Of a stretch of 49,369 bases of DNA, positions 26,349 to 36,098 are shown piece by piece. Source of the stretch: Guptibacillus hwajinpoensis (GTDB lineage: Bacteria > Bacillota > Bacilli > Bacillales > Bacillaceae_J). The stretch is from positions 1 to 49,369 of the forward strand of contig JAENZK010000001.1 in assembly GCA_016841285.1 (NCBI GenBank). Direction: 5' to 3'. The position numbers were made by a program, and so were the translations under genes. The notes under the pieces are model-generated. The model saw only the letters and a program-made list of their open reading frames with translations, was not told the origin of the DNA and ran no database searches. Every line of letters starts with the position of its first letter. The first letter of the stretch is position 1.

Positions 26349-27068
26349 ATGAATTCGAATTTTAAAGAATGGACAAGGGGTGTCAAAGATGGCATTCCAA
26401 TTGCGATGGGCTATTTGGCGGTATCTTTTACGTTCGGAATTATTGCAAAACAAGCAGGGTTGAATCCGTATGAAGCTGTTTTCATGTCGGCGACAAATTT
26501 AACGTCTGCCGGCCAATTTGCCGGCCTCACGTTGATTGCCGCAATGGCAACAATGGTAGAGATTGCTGTTACACAGCTCATAATTAACTCAAGATATATT
26601 CTTATGTCGTTCGCTTTGTCGCAAAAAATCGATCCTAATACATCATTGTTTCATAGAATGCTAATGGCATATGGAATAACAGATGAAGTTTTTGGTGCTG
26701 CAATGGCAACTAAGGGGAAGCTTAGTCCCTATTATGTATACGGCTTAGTTAGTGTAGCGATGCCGGGATGGGCATTGGGTACATTTTTAGGTGTGGTTTC
26801 AGGGAATATTTTACCTCCAAGAGCAACTAGTGCATTAAGCATTGCGCTCTATGGAATGTTAATCGCGGTCATCATTCCACCAGCAAAAGGCAACAAATTA
26901 TTATCTGGAATTATCTTGGCTTCGATGGCGGCAAGTCTATTGTTCGCAAAACTACCAGTTCTTCACACTATATCTTCCGGAGTGAAAATCATAGTGTTAA
27001 CTATAATAATAGCAGGGATTGCGGCAGCACTGTTTCCTGTAAAAGAGGAGGAACCGCATGAAGGCTAG
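26349..27068 (+). CDS. azlC: AzlC-family amino acid exporter, large subunit
   Basis: GIPIAMGY, SAGQF, INSRY, TDEVF. Confidence 0.88.
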   Translation: MNSNFKEWTRGVKDGIPIAMGYLAVSFTFGIIAKQAGLNPYEAVFMSATNLTSAGQFAGLTLIAAMATMVEIAVTQLIINSRYILMSFALSQKIDPNTSLFHRMLMAYGITDEVFGAAMATKGKLSPYYVYGLVSVAMPGWALGTFLGVVSGNILPPRATSALSIALYGMLIAVIIPPAKGNKLLSGIILASMAASLLFAKLPVLHTISSGVKIIVLTIIIAGIAAALFPVKEEEPHEG

Positions 27069-27366
27069 TGTTGTTTTATACATTTTGATGATGGCCACGG
27101 TAACCTATCTCATCAGGGTCTTGCCTTTAACACTGATTAGAAAAGAAATCAAAAATACGTTTATTAAATCATTTTTGTATTATGTACCCTATGTAACATT
27201 GGCGGTCATGATTTTTCCGGCTATATTGGATGCAACGGCTTCGCAGTGGTCGGCGTTAATCGGATTTATCATTGCTATCATTTTAGCTTATATGGGAGGT
27301 AGTTTGATCAAGGTTTCTATAATTGCGTGCTTAGCTGTGTTTGTAGTTGAGTTGTTTATTTATTAG
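27058..27366 (+). CDS. azlD: AzlD-family exporter small subunit
   Basis: VTYLIRVLP, FLYYVP; overlaps azlC. Confidence 0.85.
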   Translation: MKASVVLYILMMATVTYLIRVLPLTLIRKEIKNTFIKSFLYYVPYVTLAVMIFPAILDATASQWSALIGFIIAIILAYMGGSLIKVSIIACLAVFVVELFIY

Positions 27367-27412
27367 ATGGACAGGCTGTTTTGGGTAACTATCAAAATTC
27401 GATTGCAGGAAA

Positions 27413-27434
27413 CAGGGACGGAAGACCGTCCCTG
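27413..27434. repeat. Short GGGACGG palindrome (REP-like/terminator)
   Basis: CAGGGACGG-aaga-CCGTCCCTG between convergent genes. Confidence 0.55.
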
Positions 27435-27440
27435 CGTTTA

Positions 27441-28799
27441 TTAACTTGCTTTTTGTAGTACCTTTTTCTTTTTTAACCAAGGCTTGGAAATCCAGCGTTT
27501 CAAGGCAAAAATTCCGCGTACCCATTCATCAAGACCTTGGGCTAACCATACCCCTAATAACCCCAGTCCCAATGTAATTCCGAAGAAATAGCTGAAGAGA
27601 ACAGCTATTCCCCACATACATATTACCCCAATGACAACAGGGAATCTTAGGTCACCCACTGATTTTAACGCCCCCATCAGAACAATATTCATGGCACGTC
27701 CAGGTTCGATAAAAACGATTGCCCATAAAACTGGAAGTGCGATAGCGATTATAGCAGGATCATTTGTAAAAACGGTCAAGACCGGCTTACCAATCAATGC
27801 AAAAGCAAGAGATATAATAGTTGAAGTGATAAATGCAATTTTTAACGTTTTAAGCCCCCGTGTAAGTGCTCTCTCATATTGCTCTGCACCAATATATCGT
27901 GCTACTAATAACTGCGTTCCTTGAGCAATAGCCAATGTAAAAAGGAAGCAAATCATTGATATATTTAAAATATAAACCCTTGCTGCTAATGCTGTGTCTC
28001 CAATTAGTGCGACAAAACTGGTGATTACCACCTGTGAGAACTGATAGGATAAGTTTTCACCAGCAGACGGTACTCCAATCGAAAGCAATGATTTTACATC
28101 AGATTTGTCAATCACAATAATATCTTTTATATGAAGCTTTAATGCTAGTTTTTTATAAACAAAGAAAAAAAGTACTGCAATTATAAAGACTCTGGCTACG
28201 ATAATAGAATAGGAAACTCCACTCACACCTGTTATCGGTAAACCAAACCAGCCCTTAATCGCAATAAAGAATCCAGTAATACTAATGACATTCATGATGA
28301 CAGTCACAATCATTGTTTCCCGTGTATATCCGTAGCTGCGCAAAACTGCACTTAAAGCCAAGGACATTGATTCAAGGAAAAGCGAGAGACCTGTGATCGT
28401 AAGAAAAGTATAAGCAAAGCTATAAATCTCGCCACTAAGTCCATAAAACTTTAAGAATATGCCACCAAAAGCAATTACAACGATAGTCATGACAATTCCA
28501 ACCCAGAAGTTAACCCCAAACGCTGATCTTGCAAGACGAAGTGCCCGATCCATCCGGTTGGCTCCGAGATTTTGACCGATGAGAATTGTTGCACCGATGG
28601 CAGTAACATTAAAAACTAAAATGAATATATTTATAATTTGATTTGCAACCCCGACTCCGGCTACTGCGTTATCCGAATAACCACTTAAAATAAGAGTAGC
28701 AATGATTCCCATACTCATATGAAGCGATATTTCAATGAGTAGAGGCCAGGTAATGCTAAAGAGAGATTGATCTTGATATTTATTGTGTCCGTTGGTCAA
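27441..28799 (-). CDS. MATE-family efflux transporter
   Basis: About 12 TM segments, AVAGVGVANQ, IGQNLGA, EPGRAMN, GLGLLGVW. Confidence 0.92.
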   Translation of the reverse strand: MTNGHNKYQDQSLFSITWPLLIEISLHMSMGIIATLILSGYSDNAVAGVGVANQIINIFILVFNVTAIGATILIGQNLGANRMDRALRLARSAFGVNFWVGIVMTIVVIAFGGIFLKFYGLSGEIYSFAYTFLTITGLSLFLESMSLALSAVLRSYGYTRETMIVTVIMNVISITGFFIAIKGWFGLPITGVSGVSYSIIVARVFIIAVLFFFVYKKLALKLHIKDIIVIDKSDVKSLLSIGVPSAGENLSYQFSQVVITSFVALIGDTALAARVYILNISMICFLFTLAIAQGTQLLVARYIGAEQYERALTRGLKTLKIAFITSTIISLAFALIGKPVLTVFTNDPAIIAIALPVLWAIVFIEPGRAMNIVLMGALKSVGDLRFPVVIGVICMWGIAVLFSYFFGITLGLGLLGVWLAQGLDEWVRGIFALKRWISKPWLKKKKVLQKAS

Positions 28800-28827
28800 G
28801 TAGTTTCGCCTTCTTAATTAAATATTA

Positions 28828-28868
28828 AAAATCCGAAAGGAACAGCATGTTCCATCGGATTTTGTTTT
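28828..28868. terminator. Terminator-like hairpin between divergent genes, in the MATE 5' region
   Basis: AAAATCCGA-a-AGGAACA-gca-TGTTCC-a-TCGGATTTT with T tracts on both strands. Confidence 0.65.
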
Positions 28869-29062
28869 TGAATTAATAAATATGTGTTAAAACTATTAGA
28901 TTATTATATAGAAATATAATGAAAAGCACCATATGGGAAACGATGGTCGTTTTACCGCTTATTAAATAAAGGCATTTTTTCGATGATAGTTTCATAAAAC
29001 TTAAGCGGAGAGGTAAATTATTTTGGAAACCGGAAGAAGTTTCCCTATGGAGTTGAATATCC

Positions 29063-30025
29063 ATGCAAAACTTTTTGGGGATTTTGGAAGCAGTTCAAAA
29101 TTCAACAGAAAAGTGTATTCTTGCAACGATTATTCAAGTTGAGGGTTCAGCATATTTAAGAGAAGGTACATTGATGCTGATATTAGAAAGTGGTCAAACA
29201 GTAGGGATGATATCGCCTGGATGTTTAGAGGAAGACCTCGTTTTAAGGTGTAAGGAAGTATTTTTATATGAACGTCCACAAACAGTTACTTATGATTTAC
29301 GGAGTATTGATGATTTGGGATGGGGACAGGGAATAGGCTGTAATGGAGCGATTACTCTTCTTTTGGAACCAATCACTGATAAGCTAAGAAAGGAGCTTAT
29401 ACTTTTAAAAAATACGTTAGAGCGCGGGTATTCAGTGCTGCATGAAAAGAAATTTTTAGAGGATTTCACGTTAAAATCGTATTCATTTGAGGATTTTAGT
29501 AGACAAGAAGATGTTAGAAATATTAATTTTACCCACATTCAAGAAGGTTACAACTATACTTATTTATTTACACCCCCTCCAGTTCTTCTAATATTCGGTG
29601 CAGGTGAAGATGCCAAGCCGCTCGTTTCTTTGGCCTCCCAAATCGGCTTCATTGTAAAACTTTGTGATTGGCGACCAGGTCTTTGCAATGAACATCATTT
29701 CCCTTCTGCTCATTGTTACATAATAGGATCCCCACCAAAAATCATGGATGAAATCACCTTTTCGAAAAACGATTTTGTTGTAATCATGAGTCATAATTTT
29801 TCAAAGGATGAAGAGTTCTTGAAAAATATAATAAACCATGATGTCCGTTATATAGGAATTTTAGGTGCTGAAGCGAGAACGAAGCGGTTACTGAATGGGA
29901 TAGAGCGTAAAAGCAACCTTTATTACCCGATTGGTTTTTCTATTGGGGCAGAAGGCTGTGAGGAAATTGCTGTTTCGATCATGGCTGAAATCATCCAAAT
30001 ATTTCGACGGAGCCATTCAAAATGA
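29063..30025 (+). CDS. XdhC/CoxI-family molybdenum hydroxylase accessory factor
   Basis: GSAY, SPGCLE, GIGCNG, IFGAGEDA, MSHNF, YIGILG, PIG.SIGA. Confidence 0.9.
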   Translation: MQNFLGILEAVQNSTEKCILATIIQVEGSAYLREGTLMLILESGQTVGMISPGCLEEDLVLRCKEVFLYERPQTVTYDLRSIDDLGWGQGIGCNGAITLLLEPITDKLRKELILLKNTLERGYSVLHEKKFLEDFTLKSYSFEDFSRQEDVRNINFTHIQEGYNYTYLFTPPPVLLIFGAGEDAKPLVSLASQIGFIVKLCDWRPGLCNEHHFPSAHCYIIGSPPKIMDEITFSKNDFVVIMSHNFSKDEEFLKNIINHDVRYIGILGAEARTKRLLNGIERKSNLYYPIGFSIGAEGCEEIAVSIMAEIIQIFRRSHSK

Positions 30026-30639
30026 GGGCGAACCAGCACGAGATTGTAGGCATTTACATGGCGGCAGGTCGGAGTTCAAGAATGGGCCAAAATAAACTTG
30101 CATTACCATTGGGAAACCAGCCGTTAGGGAGCCACGCTCTTCTAACGGCACTACAATCCAACCTTAGCCATATCATGGTAGTCATTCCTGACGAAAATGA
30201 TTATACGTTTAAAGCATTAAGTACTTATTTTACAGAAAAGGTCACTGCTATCCAATGTCCCAATTCGTCCCAAGGGTTCTCTTATTCTCTTAAATTCGGC
30301 ATTCAAACTGCTAAAACTATGGAAGCTTCGGGTGCGGTTATTTTATTAGCTGACCAGCCTTTTATTCATTTAGAAATGATTAATAATTTAATAAATACAT
30401 TTCAAAAGGAAAAAGTGGATTATGTAGCTTCTAGTTACAGCAATATTATTAGACCACCGATCCTTATCGGAAAACAGTTATTCCCGCTTTTCAAACAATT
30501 AAAGGGAGATGAGGGTGCTAAGAAATTGTTAACAGGGAATCCTGCTCTTCGTGGCAGGGTTTTACCCTATGAAAATGAAAAGTTATTTCGGGATATTGAT
30601 ACAATGAGGGAGTATGAAAAGGCTTTGAAGGAGAGGTGA
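30022..30639 (+). CDS. Molybdenum cofactor cytidylyltransferase (MocA-like)
   Basis: AAGRSSRMG..K, LADQPF, GDEGA, DIDT. Confidence 0.88.
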   Translation: MRANQHEIVGIYMAAGRSSRMGQNKLALPLGNQPLGSHALLTALQSNLSHIMVVIPDENDYTFKALSTYFTEKVTAIQCPNSSQGFSYSLKFGIQTAKTMEASGAVILLADQPFIHLEMINNLINTFQKEKVDYVASSYSNIIRPPILIGKQLFPLFKQLKGDEGAKKLLTGNPALRGRVLPYENEKLFRDIDTMREYEKALKER

Positions 30640-32960
30640 TGCAGGTGTATATTATTGGAAAAGGGATACCTCGTAAAGAGTCTTTTGAAAAAGTGACTGG
30701 CAACGCCAAATATACTGGTGATTATTATTCAAAGGAGACACTTCATGGGCGACTTTTGATCAGTCCTTATGCCCATGCATTAATAAAATACCTGGATGTA
30801 ACGGAGGCTGAAAAAGTCCCTGGTGTCAGAGCAATTGTCACGGGGGTGAACCTTCCGCTTATAGGGGAAGAAATGCGGGACCGACCTCCGATAGCGGCGG
30901 ATCGGGTTCGCTTCCATGGCGAAGTTGTGGCCATCGTAGTTGCTGATACACCATTTCAGGCAGAGCAAGGTGTCAAGGCTATTCAGGTAAAATATGAACC
31001 GCTTCCTGTCGTTAATTCCCCTTCTGAAGCTCTGAAGCCGGAGGCGCCACTCCTCCATCCGCATATGGAGGAATATGAAAAAATCCAACGGGTCTATCCG
31101 ATACCGGGAACAAATATTGCGACTTTGACTAAAATTCGAAAAGGGGATCGCGAAAAGGGCTGGGCAGAAAGTGAAGTGATTGTTGAGGAAAAATTCACAT
31201 TCAGACCTTCCGATCATGCGGCAATTGAAACAAGATGTTCATTTGCGCAAATACACAAAGATGGAATAATTGAAATTACATCTTCTTCACAAGCGCCTTT
31301 TATGATTAAGAGATTAATTGGTCAGTATTTTAATATACCAATAGGAAATATTAACGTTAACACACCTCTTGTTGGTGGTGCTTATGGTGGAAAAGCCTCT
31401 GTCCAACTTGAAATCCTAGCCTATTTAGCTACCTTAGCAGTCAACGGAAGACGAGTAAAAATTTTGAATAGGCGTGAAGAGGATATGCTTACTTCACCAG
31501 GTCACATTGGACTGGAAGCAACGGTGCGACTTGGCTCGACAAAGGATGGGATGCTAAAGGTTGCCGAGCTTCATTATCTTTGGGACGGTGGGGCTTATTC
31601 AGATAAATCGATTGATTTAAGCCGGGCTGGCGCAGTAGATTGTACGGGTCCTTACAATATTGAACATATTTGGTGTAATTCGTATTGTATGTATACAAAT
31701 CATCCCTATGCGGCACCGTTTCGTGGCTTCAGCCATTCCGAGGTTCATTTTGTCTTTGAAAGAACAATGGATGTGCTTGCGAAAAAAATAAACATCGATC
31801 CCCTTGAGCTTAGACGTAAAAATGCGATTTTACCGGGGAATCAGACTCCTACACAGGTTGTCTTGAATTCTAGTACGGTTGGTAATTTACCAAAATGCAT
31901 TAGTAAATTAAAAGAACTGATAAATTGGGAGGAAGGCCAGGTCATTCAACTTGATGAACACAGAGTCCGGGCAAAAGGAATTTCCTGTGTCTGGAAAAAT
32001 TCAACCATTGACCCTAACGCCAGCTCCGGAGTTATTTTACTTTTTAATATTGATGGCAGTATTAACCTTATTTCTGGCGTTGTCGAAATTGGAACGGGAA
32101 CAAAAACTGTAATCGCCCAAATATTGGCTGAAAAACTTAAGATGGACATCAATGAAATCTATGTTCAATTTCCAGTTGAAACATTAAATACGCCGGATCA
32201 TTGGAAAACGGTCGCAAGCAGAGGAACCTTTATGGCGGGAAGAGCAGTATTGGAAGCAGCCAATGATGTGATTAGGCAACTAAAAGCGATTGCTTCTATA
32301 GTCCTGCGTGCATCCGAAGATGAATTAGAGGTAGGATATGGGAAGGTATTTTTAAGAGCTGACCCTAATACTTATATTCCCATTAAAGATATCGCTTACG
32401 GCTATACTTATCCAAATGGAAATTCCATTGGCGGACAAATTCTCGGGAGGGGCAACCACGTGACAAGGGGGATCTCCTACCTGGACAAAGAAACTGGTGC
32501 TGGGAAGCCAGGGCCGGAGTGGACAGTTGGTGCCCAAGGTGTGGAAGTCGAATTGGATATTAGAGACTATACGTACAAAATCATCAAAGCTGTCTCTGTT
32601 TTTGATATCGGTCAGGTTCTTAATATAAAGGGGGCTATCGGTCAGGTTAAAGGTGCGATGAGTATGGGGTTATCATTCGCTGGTCGAGAAACTTTTCGTT
32701 TTGATCCACACGGAAGGGTTCTTAATCCGCAGTTACGAACGTATCGCCCGATTCGTTTTGGGGAGCACCCCAAATACGAGGTTGCTTTTGTAGAAACTCC
32801 ACATCTTGATGCTCCTTACGGGGCAAGGGGAATCGGCGAGCACGGGCTTATCGGTATGCCGGCTGCTCTTGGGAATTCTTTATCCACGGCATTATCAACC
32901 AATATTAACTACTTACCGATTATTCCGGAACTGCTGTGGAAGATTAAAGAAGGCGGGTGA
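30636..32960 (+). CDS. Xanthine dehydrogenase family molybdopterin-binding subunit
   Basis: KVTG.A.Y, VGGAYGGK, FRGF, EIGTG, GARGIGE catalytic Glu; start may be GTG 30645. Confidence 0.92.
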   Translation: MMQVYIIGKGIPRKESFEKVTGNAKYTGDYYSKETLHGRLLISPYAHALIKYLDVTEAEKVPGVRAIVTGVNLPLIGEEMRDRPPIAADRVRFHGEVVAIVVADTPFQAEQGVKAIQVKYEPLPVVNSPSEALKPEAPLLHPHMEEYEKIQRVYPIPGTNIATLTKIRKGDREKGWAESEVIVEEKFTFRPSDHAAIETRCSFAQIHKDGIIEITSSSQAPFMIKRLIGQYFNIPIGNINVNTPLVGGAYGGKASVQLEILAYLATLAVNGRRVKILNRREEDMLTSPGHIGLEATVRLGSTKDGMLKVAELHYLWDGGAYSDKSIDLSRAGAVDCTGPYNIEHIWCNSYCMYTNHPYAAPFRGFSHSEVHFVFERTMDVLAKKINIDPLELRRKNAILPGNQTPTQVVLNSSTVGNLPKCISKLKELINWEEGQVIQLDEHRVRAKGISCVWKNSTIDPNASSGVILLFNIDGSINLISGVVEIGTGTKTVIAQILAEKLKMDINEIYVQFPVETLNTPDHWKTVASRGTFMAGRAVLEAANDVIRQLKAIASIVLRASEDELEVGYGKVFLRADPNTYIPIKDIAYGYTYPNGNSIGGQILGRGNHVTRGISYLDKETGAGKPGPEWTVGAQGVEVELDIRDYTYKIIKAVSVFDIGQVLNIKGAIGQVKGAMSMGLSFAGRETFRFDPHGRVLNPQLRTYRPIRFGEHPKYEVAFVETPHLDAPYGARGIGEHGLIGMPAALGNSLSTALSTNINYLPIIPELLWKIKEGG

Positions 32961-32964
32961 TGGT

Positions 32965-33798
32965 ATGCTATCAGGAAATATTGAGTACTACAAGCCCGCT
33001 ACTATGAAGGAGGCTGTGGAACTCTTTTTTGCATTATCGGATGAAAACAAACAGCCCCTTTATTACTCAGGTGGTACAGAAATATTGACTCTTGGTCGAC
33101 TGAATATGATTAAGACAAGGGCGCTTATTGATATCAAAGGTTTGGAAGAATGTTATTCATTTGAGGTATCGGATGATTCTTTAATCACAGGCGTGGCCCT
33201 TCCACTTACATTTATTGAAGAGAAAAATTTATTTCCACTTTTAAGTAAAACTTCAATGGGCATTGCTGACCACACGGCCCGAAACAAAATCACACTCGGT
33301 GGAAATTTATGCGGAAAAATTTTTTATCGCGAAGCTGTGCTGCCCTTTTTACTTTGTGAAAGCACGGTTATTGTTGTAGGCAACGAAGGGGATGAAGCAA
33401 TTCCGATTGATGAAATTTTTAATCGTTCCTTTCAACTTAAAGAAGGGCAGTTTCTCGTTCAGCTTCATACGGAAAAGAAATATATCAATCTACCATTTAA
33501 GAGTATTAAAATACGCCAACAATGGGAGACAGGTTATCCCTTATTAACGATTGCCACTATTAAAATAGAAAATGAATTACGTTTTGCTTTTAGCGGATTA
33601 TGTCGGTTTCCTTTTCGTTCAAAAGAAATGGAGGCAGTGATCAATCAAACGGGATTACCAATCGATGAAAGAATTGCTAGGGCACTGGAGTATCTACCGG
33701 CACCAATTCTTAATGATATTGAAGGTTCGAAGGAGTATCGATTATTTGTTCTAAAAAATACTTTAAGAAAAATCATTGTGGAAATGGAGGGGAAATAG
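32965..33798 (+). CDS. Xanthine dehydrogenase family FAD-binding subunit
   Basis: YYKP, SGGTE, RNKITLGGNL; start ATG 32965 just after the upstream stop. Confidence 0.9.
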   Translation: MLSGNIEYYKPATMKEAVELFFALSDENKQPLYYSGGTEILTLGRLNMIKTRALIDIKGLEECYSFEVSDDSLITGVALPLTFIEEKNLFPLLSKTSMGIADHTARNKITLGGNLCGKIFYREAVLPFLLCESTVIVVGNEGDEAIPIDEIFNRSFQLKEGQFLVQLHTEKKYINLPFKSIKIRQQWETGYPLLTIATIKIENELRFAFSGLCRFPFRSKEMEAVINQTGLPIDERIARALEYLPAPILNDIEGSKEYRLFVLKNTLRKIIVEMEGK

Positions 33799-34271
33799 TG
33801 GTTCAAAAGCCGTACACAAAAATAAGTGCCTCATTAAATATCAACGGAGAAGACAAGCAAGTTGATTTCCGTCCGGTAGATACGCTTCTAAGTGTACTTC
33901 GAAATCAACTTTCTTTAACTGGACCTAAACCTGGCTGTCTAAATGGTGATTGTGGCGCTTGCTCCGTTATAGTCAATGATACGGTATATAAATCCTGCAT
34001 CATGCTAGCTATTGAGGCCATTGATGCAAAAATCACGACAATTGAGGGTTTGCATGATACACCCATTCAAAAAGCTTTTGTCAAACATTCTGCGTTCCAA
34101 TGTGGCTATTGCACACCCGGATTTATCGTGAATTGCCATGCTTTACTGCAAAAGCTTCCTCACCCAACCTATGATGTGATCAAGGAATGGCTCTCTTCCA
34201 ATTTATGTCGATGCACAAGTTACGAGGAAATCGAAGAAGCGGTATTTGAGGTAATAGAAGGTAATGAGTAA
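33798..34271 (+). CDS. Xanthine dehydrogenase family (2Fe-2S) subunit
   Basis: GCLNGDCGAC...SC, QCGYCTPG, NLCRCT. Confidence 0.93.
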   Translation: MVQKPYTKISASLNINGEDKQVDFRPVDTLLSVLRNQLSLTGPKPGCLNGDCGACSVIVNDTVYKSCIMLAIEAIDAKITTIEGLHDTPIQKAFVKHSAFQCGYCTPGFIVNCHALLQKLPHPTYDVIKEWLSSNLCRCTSYEEIEEAVFEVIEGNE

Positions 34272-34470
34272 TAGACAGGGAACCACCGGGCTCTCCGCCC
34301 CAAGTGGGACGCTGTACCCGACCCCATGGCCAACCGGAAATTAAGATAGGTATGACTATAGTCGTTTGCTAAAATAGAAAAGTCACTCTACTTTAGAAAG
34401 TGATATGCTCCCCTTAAGGTAGACAGATTAAAAAAATAAAAATCTGTATTACCTTAGGGGGAGTTTTTCT

Positions 34471-35151
34471 ATGTCTAACAAACGGTATTCTGAAGAGTTT
34501 AAATATGAAGTTATATTTGCTTATGAAAAGGGAGATTACTCTATTGAGAAAATCTGTTCAAAATATCAAATTTCTACAAGGACATTAATGGACTGGATTG
34601 AAAAACTTGAAAAATTCGGGGAGGAAGGATTAAAACGTTCTACATCATGGAAACCTTATACTAAGGAACTAAAGATAGCGGCTGTAAATGATTATCTATC
34701 GGGTAATTATTCTAAATGTGAGATCGTTAGAAATTATGGAATATCAAGTAGATCCGTACTCCAGAAATGGATTAACAAGTATAATAGTCATAGAGATTTA
34801 GAGGATACGGTGAAAGGAAGGACAAGCTCTATGACTAAAGGAAGAAAAACTACTTGGGATGAAAGGAAACAAATTGTACTCGATTGTTTAGAGAACGGAA
34901 AAGATTATCAAAGAACATCTGAGATTTATGCGATTTCTTATCAACAAGTGTATCAATGGGTTAAGAAGTATGAAAATGGTGGAGATGAAGCACTTAAAGA
35001 TAAGCGTGGAAGGAAGAAAGAAGAAGCAGAATTAACCCCAGAAGAAATTGTCCAACTCCAGATAAAAAAGTTAGAAAGTGAAAATGAACGGTTACGTGCG
35101 GAGAATTTATTTTTAAAAAAGTTAGAGGAAATCGAAAGGAGGCGAAAATAA
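34471..35151 (+). CDS. IS3 transposase OrfA (HTH repeats)
   Basis: Three HTH repeats, C-terminal ENERLRAENLFLKKL. Confidence 0.9.
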   Translation: MSNKRYSEEFKYEVIFAYEKGDYSIEKICSKYQISTRTLMDWIEKLEKFGEEGLKRSTSWKPYTKELKIAAVNDYLSGNYSKCEIVRNYGISSRSVLQKWINKYNSHRDLEDTVKGRTSSMTKGRKTTWDERKQIVLDCLENGKDYQRTSEIYAISYQQVYQWVKKYENGGDEALKDKRGRKKEEAELTPEEIVQLQIKKLESENERLRAENLFLKKLEEIERRRK

Positions 35152-36029
35152 GTCAAGTCCGATTTGAAGATAAGTATACCGCTATCTATGAACTTCATGA
35201 GAAAGAGGATTTGGCTGTTATTCTACTTTGTGAAATCGCTGGAATATCTAGAGCTGCATATTATAAGTGGTTGAATCGTACGCCTTCCGTTCGAGAACTT
35301 CAGAACGAAGAAATCATAAAAGAGATGAAAGCACTTCATGAGGAAGTTGATGGTATATACGGATACCGTCGAATGACGTTGAACATGAGTCGCAAGTTCG
35401 GCCAGAATTTCAATCATAAGCGTATCCGTAGATTGATGAAAGTCTCAAGAATACAATCTGTCATTCGAAGAAAGAAAACCCTTTATAAGCGCTCTACTCC
35501 TCAACATGTGGCGGAGAATGTATTGAATCGTGAATTCACGGCGGAAAAGCCAAATGAAAAATGGGTAACGGATGTCACGGAATTCAAATATGGTTCCTCA
35601 AAGAAAGCTTATTTAAGTGCTATTCTAGATCTATATGATGGATCAATTGTTAGTTATGTTTTAGGCCACTCCAATAATAATAATCTTGTGTTCAAGACGC
35701 TTGATCAAGCTGTAGAACTTTTGGACGGGGGTCATCCACTTATTCATAGTGATCGAGGGTTTCAGTATACCTCTCATGGGTTTAAACGAAGGATAAACAA
35801 AGCAGAGATGACACAAAGTATGTCACGAGTTGGTAGGTGTATTGATAATGGACCAATGGAATCTTTTTGGGGAACGCTCAAATGTGAGGAGTATTATTTA
35901 CATAAGTATGAAACATTTGAAGAACTTTCTAATGCGATAGATAAGTATATCCATTTTTATAATCATGATAGATATCAAAAAAGACTAAACGGCCTTAGCC
36001 CTATTGAATATAGAGTTAAAGCCGCTTAG
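35115..36029 (+). CDS. IS3 transposase OrfB (DDE), joined to OrfA by -1 frameshift
   Basis: A6G slippery site at 35115-35121; -1 frame open into ORF 35211..36029; WVTDVTE, HSDRGFQY, DNGPMESF. Confidence 0.9.
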   Translation, partial: KKVRGNRKEAKISQVRFEDKYTAIYELHEKEDLAVILLCEIAGISRAAYYKWLNRTPSVRELQNEEIIKEMKALHEEVDGIYGYRRMTLNMSRKFGQNFNHKRIRRLMKVSRIQSVIRRKKTLYKRSTPQHVAENVLNREFTAEKPNEKWVTDVTEFKYGSSKKAYLSAILDLYDGSIVSYVLGHSNNNNLVFKTLDQAVELLDGGHPLIHSDRGFQYTSHGFKRRINKAEMTQSMSRVGRCIDNGPMESFWGTLKCEEYYLHKYETFEELSNAIDKYIHFYNHDRYQKRLNGLSPIEYRVKAA

Positions 36030-36098
36030 ATCATTTTTATTATTTCCACTGTCTACTTGACAGGGGGCAGTTCAAAGTAAAGTGACTTTCATTGTAAA

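Larger units (their letters stand above)
34401..36074 (+). mobile_element. IS3-family insertion sequence, apparently intact (1674 bp)
   Basis: TG...CA ends; IRL TGATATGCTCCCCTTAAGGTAGACAG vs IRR revcomp TGAACTGCCCCCTGTCAAGTAGACAG; 3-bp target duplication AAG (34398-34400, 36075-36077). Confidence 0.93.

Noticed and set aside
32806-32964. N-terminal extension of the FAD subunit given by the ORF track
   Set aside because: It overlaps the large-subunit gene; ATG 32965 gives the normal family start.
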